Of a stretch of DNA of 64,000 bases, positions 1 to 9,215 are shown piece after piece. The notes beneath the pieces are model-generated. The model was not told the DNA's origin, made no database searches, and worked only from the letters and a program-made list of their open reading frames with translations. The DNA is from Microcoleus sp. (GTDB lineage: Bacteria; Cyanobacteriota; Cyanobacteriia; Cyanobacteriales; Microcoleaceae). The stretch spans positions 21,899 to 85,898 of the forward strand of contig JBOFTL010000514.1 in NCBI GenBank assembly GCA_051652045.1, written 5' to 3'. Position numbers and translations under genes: made by a program. Positions within the stretch are counted from its first letter, which is position 1, and each line of letters starts with the position of its first letter.

Positions 1-408
1 TCTTAGATAGTCGAATGTTGCATCTCTTGATCCGACTGATTGCAGCGTCACAATCTGGACTGGTGCGTCAAGGTTCTCATAAGCCTTCGGGAAACTTCCG
101 CAAATTACACTTAGATTTCCATCCAAACCAAAATCACGGCAGTCATCCACAGCCTGCATAATCAGTTGCAGCATGGTCACGACAATCAATACTTTTTTTC
201 CGTGATCTACATACTGCCGAGCGATCGCTCCTATTATCGTCCCCTTGCCGCTGCCAGTTGCCGCGCAAACAAAACCAAGGCGATCGCCTTGTAGATGCAA
301 CTGATTTAGTCCCGCGATCGCCTTTTGTTGATAGTCTCTCAGGGCGATCGCATAGGGTTGCAATGGTTGCAGTAGTTGGTAGTGCCAAGTGGCGGAAATA
401 GTTTGCAT
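1..408 (-). CDS. SF2 (DEAD/DEAH-like) helicase, N-terminal part; runs off the window edge
   Basis: Not in the ORF track. Translated by hand from ATG 408: ...LRDYQQKAI (Q-motif)...AATGSGKG (Walker A)...KVLIVV...VQIVTLQS; open to base 1. Confidence 0.85.
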   Translation of the reverse strand, partial: MQTISATWHYQLLQPLQPYAIALRDYQQKAIAGLNQLHLQGDRLGFVCAATGSGKGTIIGAIARQYVDHGKKVLIVVTMLQLIMQAVDDCRDFGLDGNLSVICGSFPKAYENLDAPVQIVTLQSVGSRDATFDYLR

Positions 409-590
409 TAGCCTACTCCGCAGGCTCCGTTGCGAGGTTCTCCTTCCTCAGTCCATTTGGTCTCGCCATCATCGTTGATCCATTTCTGATGACATATGCC
501 ATCCTTTATCTCGACATCTCCAGTAGGCTTGTAGCTGTCGGCACAAAAAGACAATCCAATCAATAGTAGCCAGACAAAAATTAATCGCAT
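408..590 (-). CDS. small secreted protein (60 aa)
   Basis: MRLIFVWLLLIGLSFCA signal-peptide-like start; AGGAG RBS; stop overlaps the helicase ATG. Confidence 0.6.
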   Translation of the reverse strand: MRLIFVWLLLIGLSFCADSYKPTGDVEIKDGICHQKWINDDGETKWTEEGEPRNGACGVG

Positions 591-598
591 AGTTGCTC

Positions 599-922
599 CT
601 AAAACAAAATCAAAACTAGGCCCCAACAAATCAGCAGCAGCGGCGCAAGGTACACCAAACGGCAAAGCCAGTGAAACGCCCGCTGGGCAGGGTTGGGAAA
701 CTTGCCAAATAGTTGAGTCCCCGCGCGATCGCCACCTCCCAACAAACGATGAACGATCGGTACATGCAACCATTGGGGAAGATTAATGCCATCTACCAGG
801 TAGATTGAGTATCGAGTCTTCAGGTGACGATAATGGAAGTGGTGGAAGCTGTGCCCCTTACTGGGTGGGTGTTTGCGCCGCATCTTCTTTAAGTCTTCGT
901 AGTAGCGATCGCTATGTCTCAT
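599..922 (-). CDS. His-rich hypothetical protein (possibly degenerate HNH-like) with C-terminal TM
   Basis: HHFHY...LP..LH..VH pattern; hydrophobic C-terminus; tightly packed operon. Confidence 0.5.
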   Translation of the reverse strand: MRHSDRYYEDLKKMRRKHPPSKGHSFHHFHYRHLKTRYSIYLVDGINLPQWLHVPIVHRLLGGGDRAGTQLFGKFPNPAQRAFHWLCRLVYLAPLLLICWGLVLILF

Positions 923-1154
923 GTCTGCCACCATCTTCCATCTCTGCCAGAATACTCCGCAAGTCTTCCTCCATATCACTCAGACTAGACCCGATCGCCG
1001 TCTCTAGTATCTCGCTATGTTGTGCGATCGCCACTTCCAAACTTTGGATGCGGGCACATTGATATAGGGCGATCGCTTGCCCCATGTTCATCTTGTTCTC
1101 AACACACCATTTTTGGAGGAACTCTAGAGCAGAGTCCATGTATTGCTCGGTCAT
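912..1154 (-). CDS. hypothetical protein
   Basis: Operon packing with neighbours; start uncertain (1154 or 1166). Confidence 0.5.
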   Translation of the reverse strand: MTEQYMDSALEFLQKWCVENKMNMGQAIALYQCARIQSLEVAIAQHSEILETAIGSSLSDMEEDLRSILAEMEDGGRHET

Positions 1155-1155
1155 A

Positions 1156-1476
1156 TCAGAAAGCATAGTAGTTTTCTCCAAGGAACAACACGAATACAGT
1201 GGGGATTGTCTTCTCCTCTCGACTGCCGAATCGAGTGGGAGTGACCTGTCGGCGTTCAACCTTCCACCAAAAGCCGCATCGCTTAAACACATCGCCGATT
1301 ACTGGATCAGCGTACCAATTCATCGCAATCGTACCATCGCATTGAGCAAGTACTTCAATAGGAACGCGATCGCGCCATTCATCTGGCAACTCAAACGCAA
1401 CCATCCAAACAACCATCGAACGATTTACCGTTATCTCGCGGACTTCTGTGGGGATGGTGTATCTACCTCTAGGCAT
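1156..1476 (-). CDS. hypothetical protein
   Basis: TAATG overlap with the upstream gene. Confidence 0.6.
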   Translation of the reverse strand: MPRGRYTIPTEVREITVNRSMVVWMVAFELPDEWRDRVPIEVLAQCDGTIAMNWYADPVIGDVFKRCGFWWKVERRQVTPTRFGSREEKTIPTVFVLFLGENYYAF

Positions 1477-2816
1477 TAGTCCGCCCTCCGCACCGTAACT
1501 GTCGCAACCATTTTCCCATCCTTCCTGACCTGAACTTGCACCAGTTTACCTTCCTTTACTAAATCCTTGATTGCCTTATCAACACTTGGCTTAAGTGCTT
1601 CTGGAGCTTTAGCAAGTATCGCTTGAATTGGCATTTGCCTTCCCTCAAGATTCTGCAACAAGCGCGATCGCACCTCATCCATCGGCGAAGGCTTTGGAAC
1701 TTTCACCGTTTCCTCTGTACCCTTGTGTTCCTCCGTGACTGGAGTCGTTGGGGCAGTATGGGAATAAGCGATATAAAACCAATCGCCATCCAGTTTTGAC
1801 TTTGGTAGCCCCGTTCGCATCAAGTTAAAGCCTCTATCAAACTCAGTGCGATCGCCTTGTTTTGTTAACTCCCACAATTGTTGAGCTTTAGCAATACTAA
1901 ATCGTTTCCCTTCTGGGGATACTTCGAGCAACAGCCTTGAACATTTCCCAAGCCACTCTCGAAACTCTGCCGTCAGCACGACATCAGTCTTAGGCGCTGT
2001 GTCTACCGTCAGCGCAGTTGGGACAGCAACAGAAGGAACGGCGATCGCATTCAACTGAGTGTTTATCCCGATGGGCGGGTTACCTGGAGGAGTCGTGGGC
2101 TGTGAAGGTAGGGGCGATCGCATGGGTACGCCCTTTGGTGGTGTTGCGGGGGCAGGAGGAGTATCAATAGATTCAGGAAGCTTTTTGTCTTCAATAATCT
2201 TGCGCATCCATGCTTGGTAATAAACACAAACTGGAATCCTTTTGTGTTCCCCATCATCGATCAACCATTGATTATCGCTGTCGTCATCAGGATCGCCAAA
2301 ATCCTCATAAGCATTCGTGTATATTTCCTTCCAAACGTGGGCAACAGCTTCAGGATATCGCTGTCTGTCGTTTGCCATTAGTCGTTCTAGCGTTGGTCGA
2401 GTTGCTGAATTTTCCAACCGCGATGCTCGAATCGAAACTTCAAGTTGAGTCTGAGCACTCAACTTATCAAAAGGGCGATCGCCACCCACAAAAATATGAA
2501 CGCCAAGTGATGCAATCCCTACAACGCCGACCCATCCAAACGCTCCACCAAATGCTAAAAACCCAAAGCTTGCGCCGACTGCCCACCAAGGATAAGTTCT
2601 TTTTGCCACATCTGGCAAGTCAATATAATCGCCGCGTTCCGCACTCAGAATACTCGAAAGGGCGATCGCGCCATACCCCGTTTTAATTGTTAATTTACTA
2701 GGAGATTGTTCCATCATAAAATTTCTCGATAGAGCCAAGGGACGATCAACGCGATCGTCCCTTGGAATAGTTACGCTGCTTTCGTACCTGTACCTTGCTT
2801 CTTCGTTACGTACCAC
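1476..2816 (-). CDS. membrane-anchored protein with Pro-rich linker and possible C-terminal winged helix
   Basis: TM segment WWAVGASFGFLAFGGAFGWVGVVG; C-terminal VDKAIKDLVKEGKLVQ resembles a wHTH; start uncertain. Confidence 0.6.
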   Translation of the reverse strand: MVRNEEARYRYESSVTIPRDDRVDRPLALSRNFMMEQSPSKLTIKTGYGAIALSSILSAERGDYIDLPDVAKRTYPWWAVGASFGFLAFGGAFGWVGVVGIASLGVHIFVGGDRPFDKLSAQTQLEVSIRASRLENSATRPTLERLMANDRQRYPEAVAHVWKEIYTNAYEDFGDPDDDSDNQWLIDDGEHKRIPVCVYYQAWMRKIIEDKKLPESIDTPPAPATPPKGVPMRSPLPSQPTTPPGNPPIGINTQLNAIAVPSVAVPTALTVDTAPKTDVVLTAEFREWLGKCSRLLLEVSPEGKRFSIAKAQQLWELTKQGDRTEFDRGFNLMRTGLPKSKLDGDWFYIAYSHTAPTTPVTEEHKGTEETVKVPKPSPMDEVRSRLLQNLEGRQMPIQAILAKAPEALKPSVDKAIKDLVKEGKLVQVQVRKDGKMVATVTVRRAD

Positions 2817-3682
2817 CCAGCAAGAATCGCCGGGAGGATAGTCACTGCTTTCGCCGTCAAGAACTCAGGGGCGAGTGAAGACATTGCCATCTTAAAAAAC
2901 GCCACTGCATCAAACGATTCGATTGATGGCGCAACGCCGAGCTTGACAGCAAAAGGCGTAAACATTGCAAACGAAATCCCAATCTCGTAAGCGTAAAGCA
3001 CTGCCGCTAAAGTTCCGAACGCTGTAGCCACTTTGTCAACGCTTTTATTTCGTGACTCAATAAGCCTTGTCGTCGCGTCTGTATCCCCTTTTTCCGGTGC
3101 TTCTTGTGGAGTATTCCGCAGGTAGGCAAGTACCGACTTAAAGAACACGCCATTGCGAAAGTAAATCGCAATTTGACCAATTGAAGTGCCGACACAGGAG
3201 ATGACTGCGATAGTCTGCCATGCGATGAGCTTATAGCTTAACAGTGCGACAACAAACCAAACGACCGACAGTGACAGCGCTACAGTAAGGGCAAGAGTTT
3301 TTTTAACGCTGCTTTGTTTCTGAGAAACAATCAGCCAAACACTAAGTGCAATCCCTGCCAACGCCACAGGTAAAGTTTGAATGGAAGCCCACTGAGTAAA
3401 TGGGATCTCTTTAATCATTTCCATCAAGAATTTGGCTGCAAGGATGTGCGGTTGAACGTTGACTGCAAGGGCGATCGCCAACCCCGCAACAAACAATGCA
3501 ATTGCGATCGCGCCAGATATTCGCTGAAGTTTCAGCGCTGGAGACGCATCATAATCGGCTGTCTTTGTTGATCCTGACGGACTGTAAGTAGTCCCGTCAG
3601 TGTCAACTGTCCATGCATTTTGTTGAGGATTGGCATTGCGTCGTTGCGGGCGCTTGTAATCGCCATACATATTATTAGTCAC
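2771..3682 (-). CDS. multi-pass membrane protein
   Basis: Five or more hydrophobic segments in 303 aa. Confidence 0.65.
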   Translation of the reverse strand: MTNNMYGDYKRPQRRNANPQQNAWTVDTDGTTYSPSGSTKTADYDASPALKLQRISGAIAIALFVAGLAIALAVNVQPHILAAKFLMEMIKEIPFTQWASIQTLPVALAGIALSVWLIVSQKQSSVKKTLALTVALSLSVVWFVVALLSYKLIAWQTIAVISCVGTSIGQIAIYFRNGVFFKSVLAYLRNTPQEAPEKGDTDATTRLIESRNKSVDKVATAFGTLAAVLYAYEIGISFAMFTPFAVKLGVAPSIESFDAVAFFKMAMSSLAPEFLTAKAVTILPAILAGWYVTKKQGTGTKAA

Positions 3683-3685
3683 GAG

Positions 3686-4099
3686 CTACTCTCCTAGTTG
3701 TCTTTGCATTGTCGTGTGCCCTTCTCGATACTCTGGCAGTGAGGCAAGCTTGGGACACACTCCCTGAACAATCGCTTGCCCTTGCTCGTTAATCTTGGCG
3801 ACAGTGCCATCTAACGAACGAATCACCAGCCCGCTGGCTAGAATCTGCCCATTGCCCTGTGAATCTGCCGCACCCGTATAGATACGCCCATTGGTGATGC
3901 TAATGGGCTGATTGCCGCTGTTTACAAGGATTGGGGCTTTCGCTTCAATCCAAGTACATGCCGCAGCTTGACGCTCATTTGATTGCGCTTGCTGCGCTTT
4001 TGCATCCGCCGCCGCTTTTTGGCTCATGGGAACTTGCACCAACGGAATGCCGATGCAAATTACGCCAATCCAAAAAGCAATGTTTACGTTTAGTCCCAT
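3686..4099 (-). CDS. membrane-anchored or secreted hypothetical protein
   Basis: N-terminal hydrophobic segment; ATG 4099. Confidence 0.6.
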   Translation of the reverse strand: MGLNVNIAFWIGVICIGIPLVQVPMSQKAAADAKAQQAQSNERQAAACTWIEAKAPILVNSGNQPISITNGRIYTGAADSQGNGQILASGLVIRSLDGTVAKINEQGQAIVQGVCPKLASLPEYREGHTTMQRQLGE

Positions 4100-4310
4100 G
4101 CCGATGTTTACTCCCAATCAAAATCACCAAACCAGTCAACCTCCTCCGAATCATCCGCGATCGCCACCTCCTCAACCACCACAGGAACCTCTTCAATCTG
4201 CACCACAATCGCCATCATGCGGGCAAGTCCATCGCCGCCGATCACACCTTGAGCATGACACTCAAGAAGAGTAGCGATCGCTATTGAACCTGCCCCAGCA
4301 GTCTGGAGCT

Positions 4311-4832
4311 TTAGCCGAAAAAATCCGATATGTCCATCAACGGGATTTGTTCGGCGCGGGATGCTGCTTTTTCAAGCCCGCGAGATCGCGCTGCACCGAC
4401 AGCTTCGTCAATTCGCTTGCCCACTTGACTCATTAGTCGAGCATTGCGGATTTTGCGATTCGCATATGCCGCGATCGCCGCCCCATCTTCCGCATCAGCC
4501 ATATCAACAGCCTCATCAATCGTTTCAGATTGCTCAGAAGCTTCCTCTACTGGGACGAATACATCCTCCTCAACCGGGTTTTTCAACACAGGCTTGCCCC
4601 GACGAGTGGCGATCGCAGTCCCACTCTTCACAGTCGGACGCGCGATCGCACCCGTGGCAACCGCAAGCTTACTACCCGCTAGTTCCTTGGCGATCGCCGG
4701 AACCATCGCCTCTGTAACATCCTCTGCGTCCAACTCGTTGTCGGCAAGATAGCCGTCAACTTGAGCCGCAGTAATACCATGCCTACCCATAGCTTCCTTA
4801 AACTTCCCTAATTCCATCCTTGTACCTCTCAA
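4311..4832 (-). CDS. hypothetical protein; candidate -1 frameshift extension to 4108
   Basis: First gene of the leftward operon; T TTT TTC heptamer just before the stop (see findings). Confidence 0.65.
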   Translation of the reverse strand: MRGTRMELGKFKEAMGRHGITAAQVDGYLADNELDAEDVTEAMVPAIAKELAGSKLAVATGAIARPTVKSGTAIATRRGKPVLKNPVEEDVFVPVEEASEQSETIDEAVDMADAEDGAAIAAYANRKIRNARLMSQVGKRIDEAVGAARSRGLEKAASRAEQIPLMDISDFFG

Positions 4833-4981
4833 AAATAAAAGTCAATTCACTAAAGATAAACCTAGCTTACTCTTTGTTTTTTGGCAAGAGGTTAGACGAA
4901 AAATATTTGTGATTGTTTATTTCTCGCGGTGTGTGCTAGTCTTTACTCTTTAGCGATCGCAAACATTGCAAGGGGGAGTAG

Positions 4982-5548
4982 TTGAGGATTATGGATCTAG
5001 ACAACGAGCAGAGGGTCATCTCCTCGCCGTTGTGGCACAAGTTCTGTTATCAATCTGTTCATGGCAGCAATGAAGGCACTAAGGACGAATATTCATCCGT
5101 GACTTGGGCAGCCATTCGACGTTCCGCCGGAATCGAGAAAGGGGACTGCAAACGAAAACTCACTGTCCGAGAGGCTCTGATTGTTTTTGTCAGGGCAAAT
5201 CTCGACAGCATCTGCAAAGACCTGAAGCTTCAAAAACCCAAGTCTTCCGAGATGTCCGTCTGGACTCCGACCGGGGTACTATCCAAAATTGTCAACGCTT
5301 ATCTCGATAAACTAAATCCCGAAACATTAAGCCAAAAGCTTGGAGAGGCGATCGCTCTTAGCGAGATGTCGGGCACGAATATCGTTCAATTCATCCAAGT
5401 TTTTCAAGGAGGTATTGGACAAGTGCCACTGGGGGAGCGGCGGATCAGGGAAATTATCAAGCAGTCCACAAAAGTGCAGCTCAAGAAGACAGAAAAATAC
5501 CCCTACTCCACTGCACAGAAAATGATTCAGTCAGTAATCAACAGATAA
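4982..5548 (+). CDS. hypothetical protein, possibly DNA-binding regulator
   Basis: Basic 188-aa ORF divergent from the leftward operon. Confidence 0.55.
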   Translation: MRIMDLDNEQRVISSPLWHKFCYQSVHGSNEGTKDEYSSVTWAAIRRSAGIEKGDCKRKLTVREALIVFVRANLDSICKDLKLQKPKSSEMSVWTPTGVLSKIVNAYLDKLNPETLSQKLGEAIALSEMSGTNIVQFIQVFQGGIGQVPLGERRIREIIKQSTKVQLKKTEKYPYSTAQKMIQSVINR

Positions 5549-5625
5549 GGGCGATTAACCTAGTCCTCAATCTCCCCAAGGAAGACCTCGATTCCGCGAT
5601 CGATTATCTATTATTCCTCGCCCAC

Positions 5626-5663
5626 AAATAACCCCGCGATCGCCACTGATCGCGGGGTTATTT
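5626..5663. terminator. bidirectional intrinsic terminator containing HIP1
   Basis: AAATAACCCCGCGATC / GATCGCGGGGTTATTT inverted repeat between convergent genes; near copy at 7023-7059. Confidence 0.7.
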
Positions 5664-5758
5664 TTTGGTGTAAGGATAGGCAGTACATCTCCTCCAAATG
5701 GGGGAAATGTACTGCCTATTGGCTTTCAAGGCTTAGCGGGTCTCAAAACCGCGAAAAA

Positions 5759-6748
5759 TCAAACATCAATTGCCGCACCCAAGAATCGAATTGGTTTCGC
5801 TTCAGGAATTGCTTTTGGAACACCCGCGCTACAGCGAATCTCGCAGTCTCGAAGCTGCCGCTGCAATCTATTGTTTTCTTGCGTTAGCGTTTGAATGCGC
5901 GATCGCAGTTTGATATTTTCTGCGCCAAATTTGTCGCCTGAACTTTTTCGAGCAGTAGAACGCGATCGCTCCAATTCAACCTCTAGCTCATCGTTTTTGC
6001 GTTGCAAGTCTTGAACCAGTTGCCCAAGTTCTGCAAAATCTTTCAGCGCTTGTTCGTCTAGTTTGCGCATCGTTGGAATACGATCGACAAAATGGAACAA
6101 CTTGTTCATCGCCAAACCCGAACGGTTCAGGTTCAAAAACGCATTGTTCAATGTATCCAGCAATGCCGAGTCGGGCAACTCCAGTGGTGCAGGTTGAATT
6201 TGAACTTGAGGTTGAGGTTGAACAAGCAACGGTTTGACACCTTGCCACTGCAAGAAAATTGGAACCGCATCAGGAGATTTTTTGGCGAACTTGGAGAATT
6301 CGTTCTCTTCAAACATGTGGGCAGCGACCTGGGCTGCGGTGATTCGCGGTGGGATTGTTGGATCGGCTTGCTTCGACTGGGCGATCCGTTCACACTCCAA
6401 AAAGTATCGGCGGATTTCCTTGCCCTTTGAAGTTCGCGCCATCATCCCCAATTGCTTGAAGCAATCCAAAGAAAGCCTGACACAATCCTTGGGGCGACCA
6501 CCGGCTGGACTTTTCACGCTCCAGCGTGAAAAGTCCAGCGTTTCCTCAAAGATCGAGCAGAGAGCATCTAACGCATTCTGCTTTTTGCCGTACCCAATCC
6601 ACCGCCACGCATCATCCAAGTCCACAGGAAACTCCTCATCGCTTTCATACAGCGCGATCGCGTCCCCTAGCGAGAATTGAACCGCATCACAGACCTCGTT
6701 CGCCCAAGCGTCGTATCCGCTACCATTGCTGCCGTCTAGATTTTTCAT
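5759..6748 (-). CDS. phage antirepressor (AntA/AntB-like N-terminal domain plus coiled coil)
   Basis: FPVDLDDAWRWIGY...GGRP...LSLDCFKQLGMMARTSKGKEIRRYFLECE. Confidence 0.8.
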   Translation of the reverse strand: MKNLDGSNGSGYDAWANEVCDAVQFSLGDAIALYESDEEFPVDLDDAWRWIGYGKKQNALDALCSIFEETLDFSRWSVKSPAGGRPKDCVRLSLDCFKQLGMMARTSKGKEIRRYFLECERIAQSKQADPTIPPRITAAQVAAHMFEENEFSKFAKKSPDAVPIFLQWQGVKPLLVQPQPQVQIQPAPLELPDSALLDTLNNAFLNLNRSGLAMNKLFHFVDRIPTMRKLDEQALKDFAELGQLVQDLQRKNDELEVELERSRSTARKSSGDKFGAENIKLRSRIQTLTQENNRLQRQLRDCEIRCSAGVPKAIPEAKPIRFLGAAIDV

Positions 6749-7390
6749 CGTGATATCCTTGATTTGAGATTATTTTTGCGGACAGGTCAAACCTCATGTT
6801 TGACCTGTCCGCTTTTTCAATATACCATAAAAGGGTAGCCAATGAGTACCCAAGATATGAAAGAACGATTAAGTGTACGGATGTCTGCAAAACGACTTCA
6901 GAAGCTACGGGCTGTAGCTCAAGAACGGGACAAGACAATGACGGATTTGATAGAGGACTGGATCGATCGCCTGCCCACCCCCGCCACTGCACCACCCCCT
7001 GAACCCCCCGAATAGAACTCTTATAACCCCGCGATCGCCACTGATTCGCGGGGTTATTTGTTGGATACATCCGTTCTATATTAAGAAATATTCGATTTCC
7101 CTCCAGCCCCTAAAGACTACAAAAACGGAAACGACAGAATGCACCTTTCAGCGATCGCCCTAAAGATGAATGTCATTTATTCTTTAGTGATTTTTTATAC
7201 CAACTCCTGGTATGACTGGATCGCGTATTTTTGAGTGCTAAAGATTAGAAGTTCACTCTTTAGCGCCTCGCAATTAAAAAACGGCTGAGTTCTTACTCTC
7301 GCAAAGATCTCCGCTACTGTCTATTCTTTAGCGCGATCGCAACACGTTTTCTGGGCACTCAAACGGACATATCGCCCCTATCTCGCGTAT

Positions 7391-7441
7391 AGGGCTGCTC
7401 AGGGCTGGGTAGGGCTGGATGGGTAGGGCTGTTTAGGGCTG
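7391..7441 (+). repeat. AGGGCTG repeated 5 times, mostly at 10-bp spacing
   Basis: Copies at 7391, 7401, 7411, 7425 and 7435. Confidence 0.8.
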
Positions 7442-7540
7442 CACGAAATCGCGGGAGAGGGGCGGGCGATCGCGGATGGGGGATGGTCGAGAGGGGGGAG
7501 GATGTTGGGAGAGGAGCGGGCGATCGGACAGCAAGGGGCA

Positions 7541-7594
7541 ACATTTAATATTGTGCTTGACAGGATTGATGGAATGATGCACAATATTAAATGT
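7541..7594 (+). promoter_or_regulatory. sigma70 promoter bracketed by a perfect 16-bp inverted repeat
   Basis: TTGACA(7557)-17 nt-CACAAT; arms ACATTTAATATTGTGC / GCACAATATTAAATGT. Confidence 0.7.
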
Positions 7595-7619
7595 AAGCAA
7601 GCGAGAGCCGGAGGGCGAG

Positions 7620-8090
7620 ATGGCAACAGCATACGAAACACTTAAGGCAGGGATGGAAGCGTTCGGGAAGGGCGATCGCCTAAAAATGGCGTGGGACTTG
7701 ATTGTTTTTTCGGACTGCTGGGAGTCCATCGAAAGTCGCTTCTCCCCAGCGGCAATGCCTCTAATTCGGGAAGTTTACAACATGTACATTGCTGAGCTAG
7801 ATGCTCAATGGAAATTGCAAGAGTCTATTGACTCACAGGTCGCGGCGCACACCACATGGTTTGACGACGACGCAATTGACGAGGTAGATGCATACGCCGT
7901 CGTGTATAGCGATCGCATCGAAGTGACGGCAAACGTCACAGGCATGGGTGGCAAACTGCCCACAGCCGGTCGCAAATACGTCGGCGGCAAAGGCGACATG
8001 CGCTGGGCATTCCCGCTGTCGGCGCTGGCAGTCGTTCGACCTTGCGTTTCGTTTGTACTGCACGAGGATGGGAGCCTGAACAATGCTTGA
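7620..8090 (+). CDS. hypothetical early protein
   Basis: GGAGG RBS; follows the promoter at 7557. Confidence 0.65.
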   Translation: MATAYETLKAGMEAFGKGDRLKMAWDLIVFSDCWESIESRFSPAAMPLIREVYNMYIAELDAQWKLQESIDSQVAAHTTWFDDDAIDEVDAYAVVYSDRIEVTANVTGMGGKLPTAGRKYVGGKGDMRWAFPLSALAVVRPCVSFVLHEDGSLNNA

Positions 8091-8595
8091 GTGCGCCCAC
8101 CACTGGCTCAAAAACGGCACAAACAACGGAGTCCCTCGGCTCCGTTGTAAACATTGCGGAAAATCAATTCAGGAAGTCCCCAGCAAGGGCAGAGGACGAC
8201 CCCGCAAGTACGAAAACTCAGCAGACAGATTCAAAAAGGAGAATCGCGTGAAAACATTCACATACACTCACAAGGCTAGCCATAGCTGGACTAGCTACAC
8301 GAAGCTAACAAAAGAGCAAGAAGAGGCGATCGCTGCCACCAACGTCAGCTTCCCCCGATGGGCGATCGCGCCGTCAGGGCAAAAGCTTGGGCTGCACTGG
8401 CAGGACTGGAAGCGGGAGCCGATCAAAACAACAACCAGCGGCTACAGCTACTTCGATCTTGATGGCGGTACAGTGCGGATCAAGATCGAGACGACATATA
8501 AGTCCCCAGACTACGACAAGCCCAACGGCAACGGGGAGCACCGGCAACTCATGATCGTGCGATCGGATGTGCCGCTGACGTTCGAGTGGGAGTAG
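8083..8595 (+). CDS. Zn-ribbon (InsA-like) / AT-hook-like DNA-binding protein
   Basis: C...KNG...RLRCKHCGK and GRGRPRKY motifs. Confidence 0.6.
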   Translation: MLECAHHWLKNGTNNGVPRLRCKHCGKSIQEVPSKGRGRPRKYENSADRFKKENRVKTFTYTHKASHSWTSYTKLTKEQEEAIAATNVSFPRWAIAPSGQKLGLHWQDWKREPIKTTTSGYSYFDLDGGTVRIKIETTYKSPDYDKPNGNGEHRQLMIVRSDVPLTFEWE

Positions 8596-8621
8596 GCGCG
8601 ATCGCCTACTATGAGCGGGGT

Positions 8622-8672
8622 TGAAAGTAATTTGGAAAATATATTGACAATACTTTCAGAATGCCCTATTAT
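8622..8672 (+). promoter_or_regulatory. repeated phage promoter/operator, copy 1
   Basis: TGAAAGTA..TTGACA-17-TATTAT with TACTTTCA inverted arm; near-identical copies at 11191 and 48546. Confidence 0.85.
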
Positions 8673-8741
8673 TGGAGATGTGGAAAGCGAAAGCGAAAGC
8701 GCTTCCGCGAGGTAAACATTATTTTTTGAGGAAACGAGCAA

Positions 8742-9140
8742 ATGTCTTTTATTAATTTGACCCCCCATTCTGTCGAAGTTTACGCTGAGATCGCATTCAT
8801 CAACTTGGAACAGGTCAACCCTACAACTTGGGTTGCTGATAGTATCGAAGGGACTGCCATTATGTCTATCGAATCTTCTGGCTCTGCCAGAATTTCGACT
8901 TCTACGGTTGAAGCCGGTGTGGTCGATAACGTACCGATGGTGGCGACGCAGTATGGCGAAGCAATGGGGATTCCTGCCGATGTTGCTCCAGGGGATTTAC
9001 TTATCGTGTCTCTGCCTATGCAGAGCATGATGAAAGCGAGTAATCACGCCTTAGCAGGGCAGGCGGTTGCACCTTACAAGGTCGTTCGACTGCGTTCCAA
9101 CACGTCTACAGTGTTGGGATGTATGGGCTTTACTTACTAA
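8742..9140 (+). CDS. hypothetical protein (NLTPH N-terminal motif)
   Basis: GAGG RBS; directly downstream of promoter copy 1. Confidence 0.65.
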   Translation: MSFINLTPHSVEVYAEIAFINLEQVNPTTWVADSIEGTAIMSIESSGSARISTSTVEAGVVDNVPMVATQYGEAMGIPADVAPGDLLIVSLPMQSMMKASNHALAGQAVAPYKVVRLRSNTSTVLGCMGFTY

Positions 9141-9215
9141 TCTCTTGTGCCGCGCACTCGGTATCTGTCCTCTCTGGCGGTAGTGCGATCGCCAGTTTCA
9201 CATTCAAGGAAAATC

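Noticed and set aside
143-388. 81-aa ORF from the track
   Set aside because: Alternative frame overlapping the real helicase ORF (1-408).
8083-8595. IS1 transposase
   Set aside because: Only an InsA-like Zn ribbon; no DDE domain or terminal inverted repeats.
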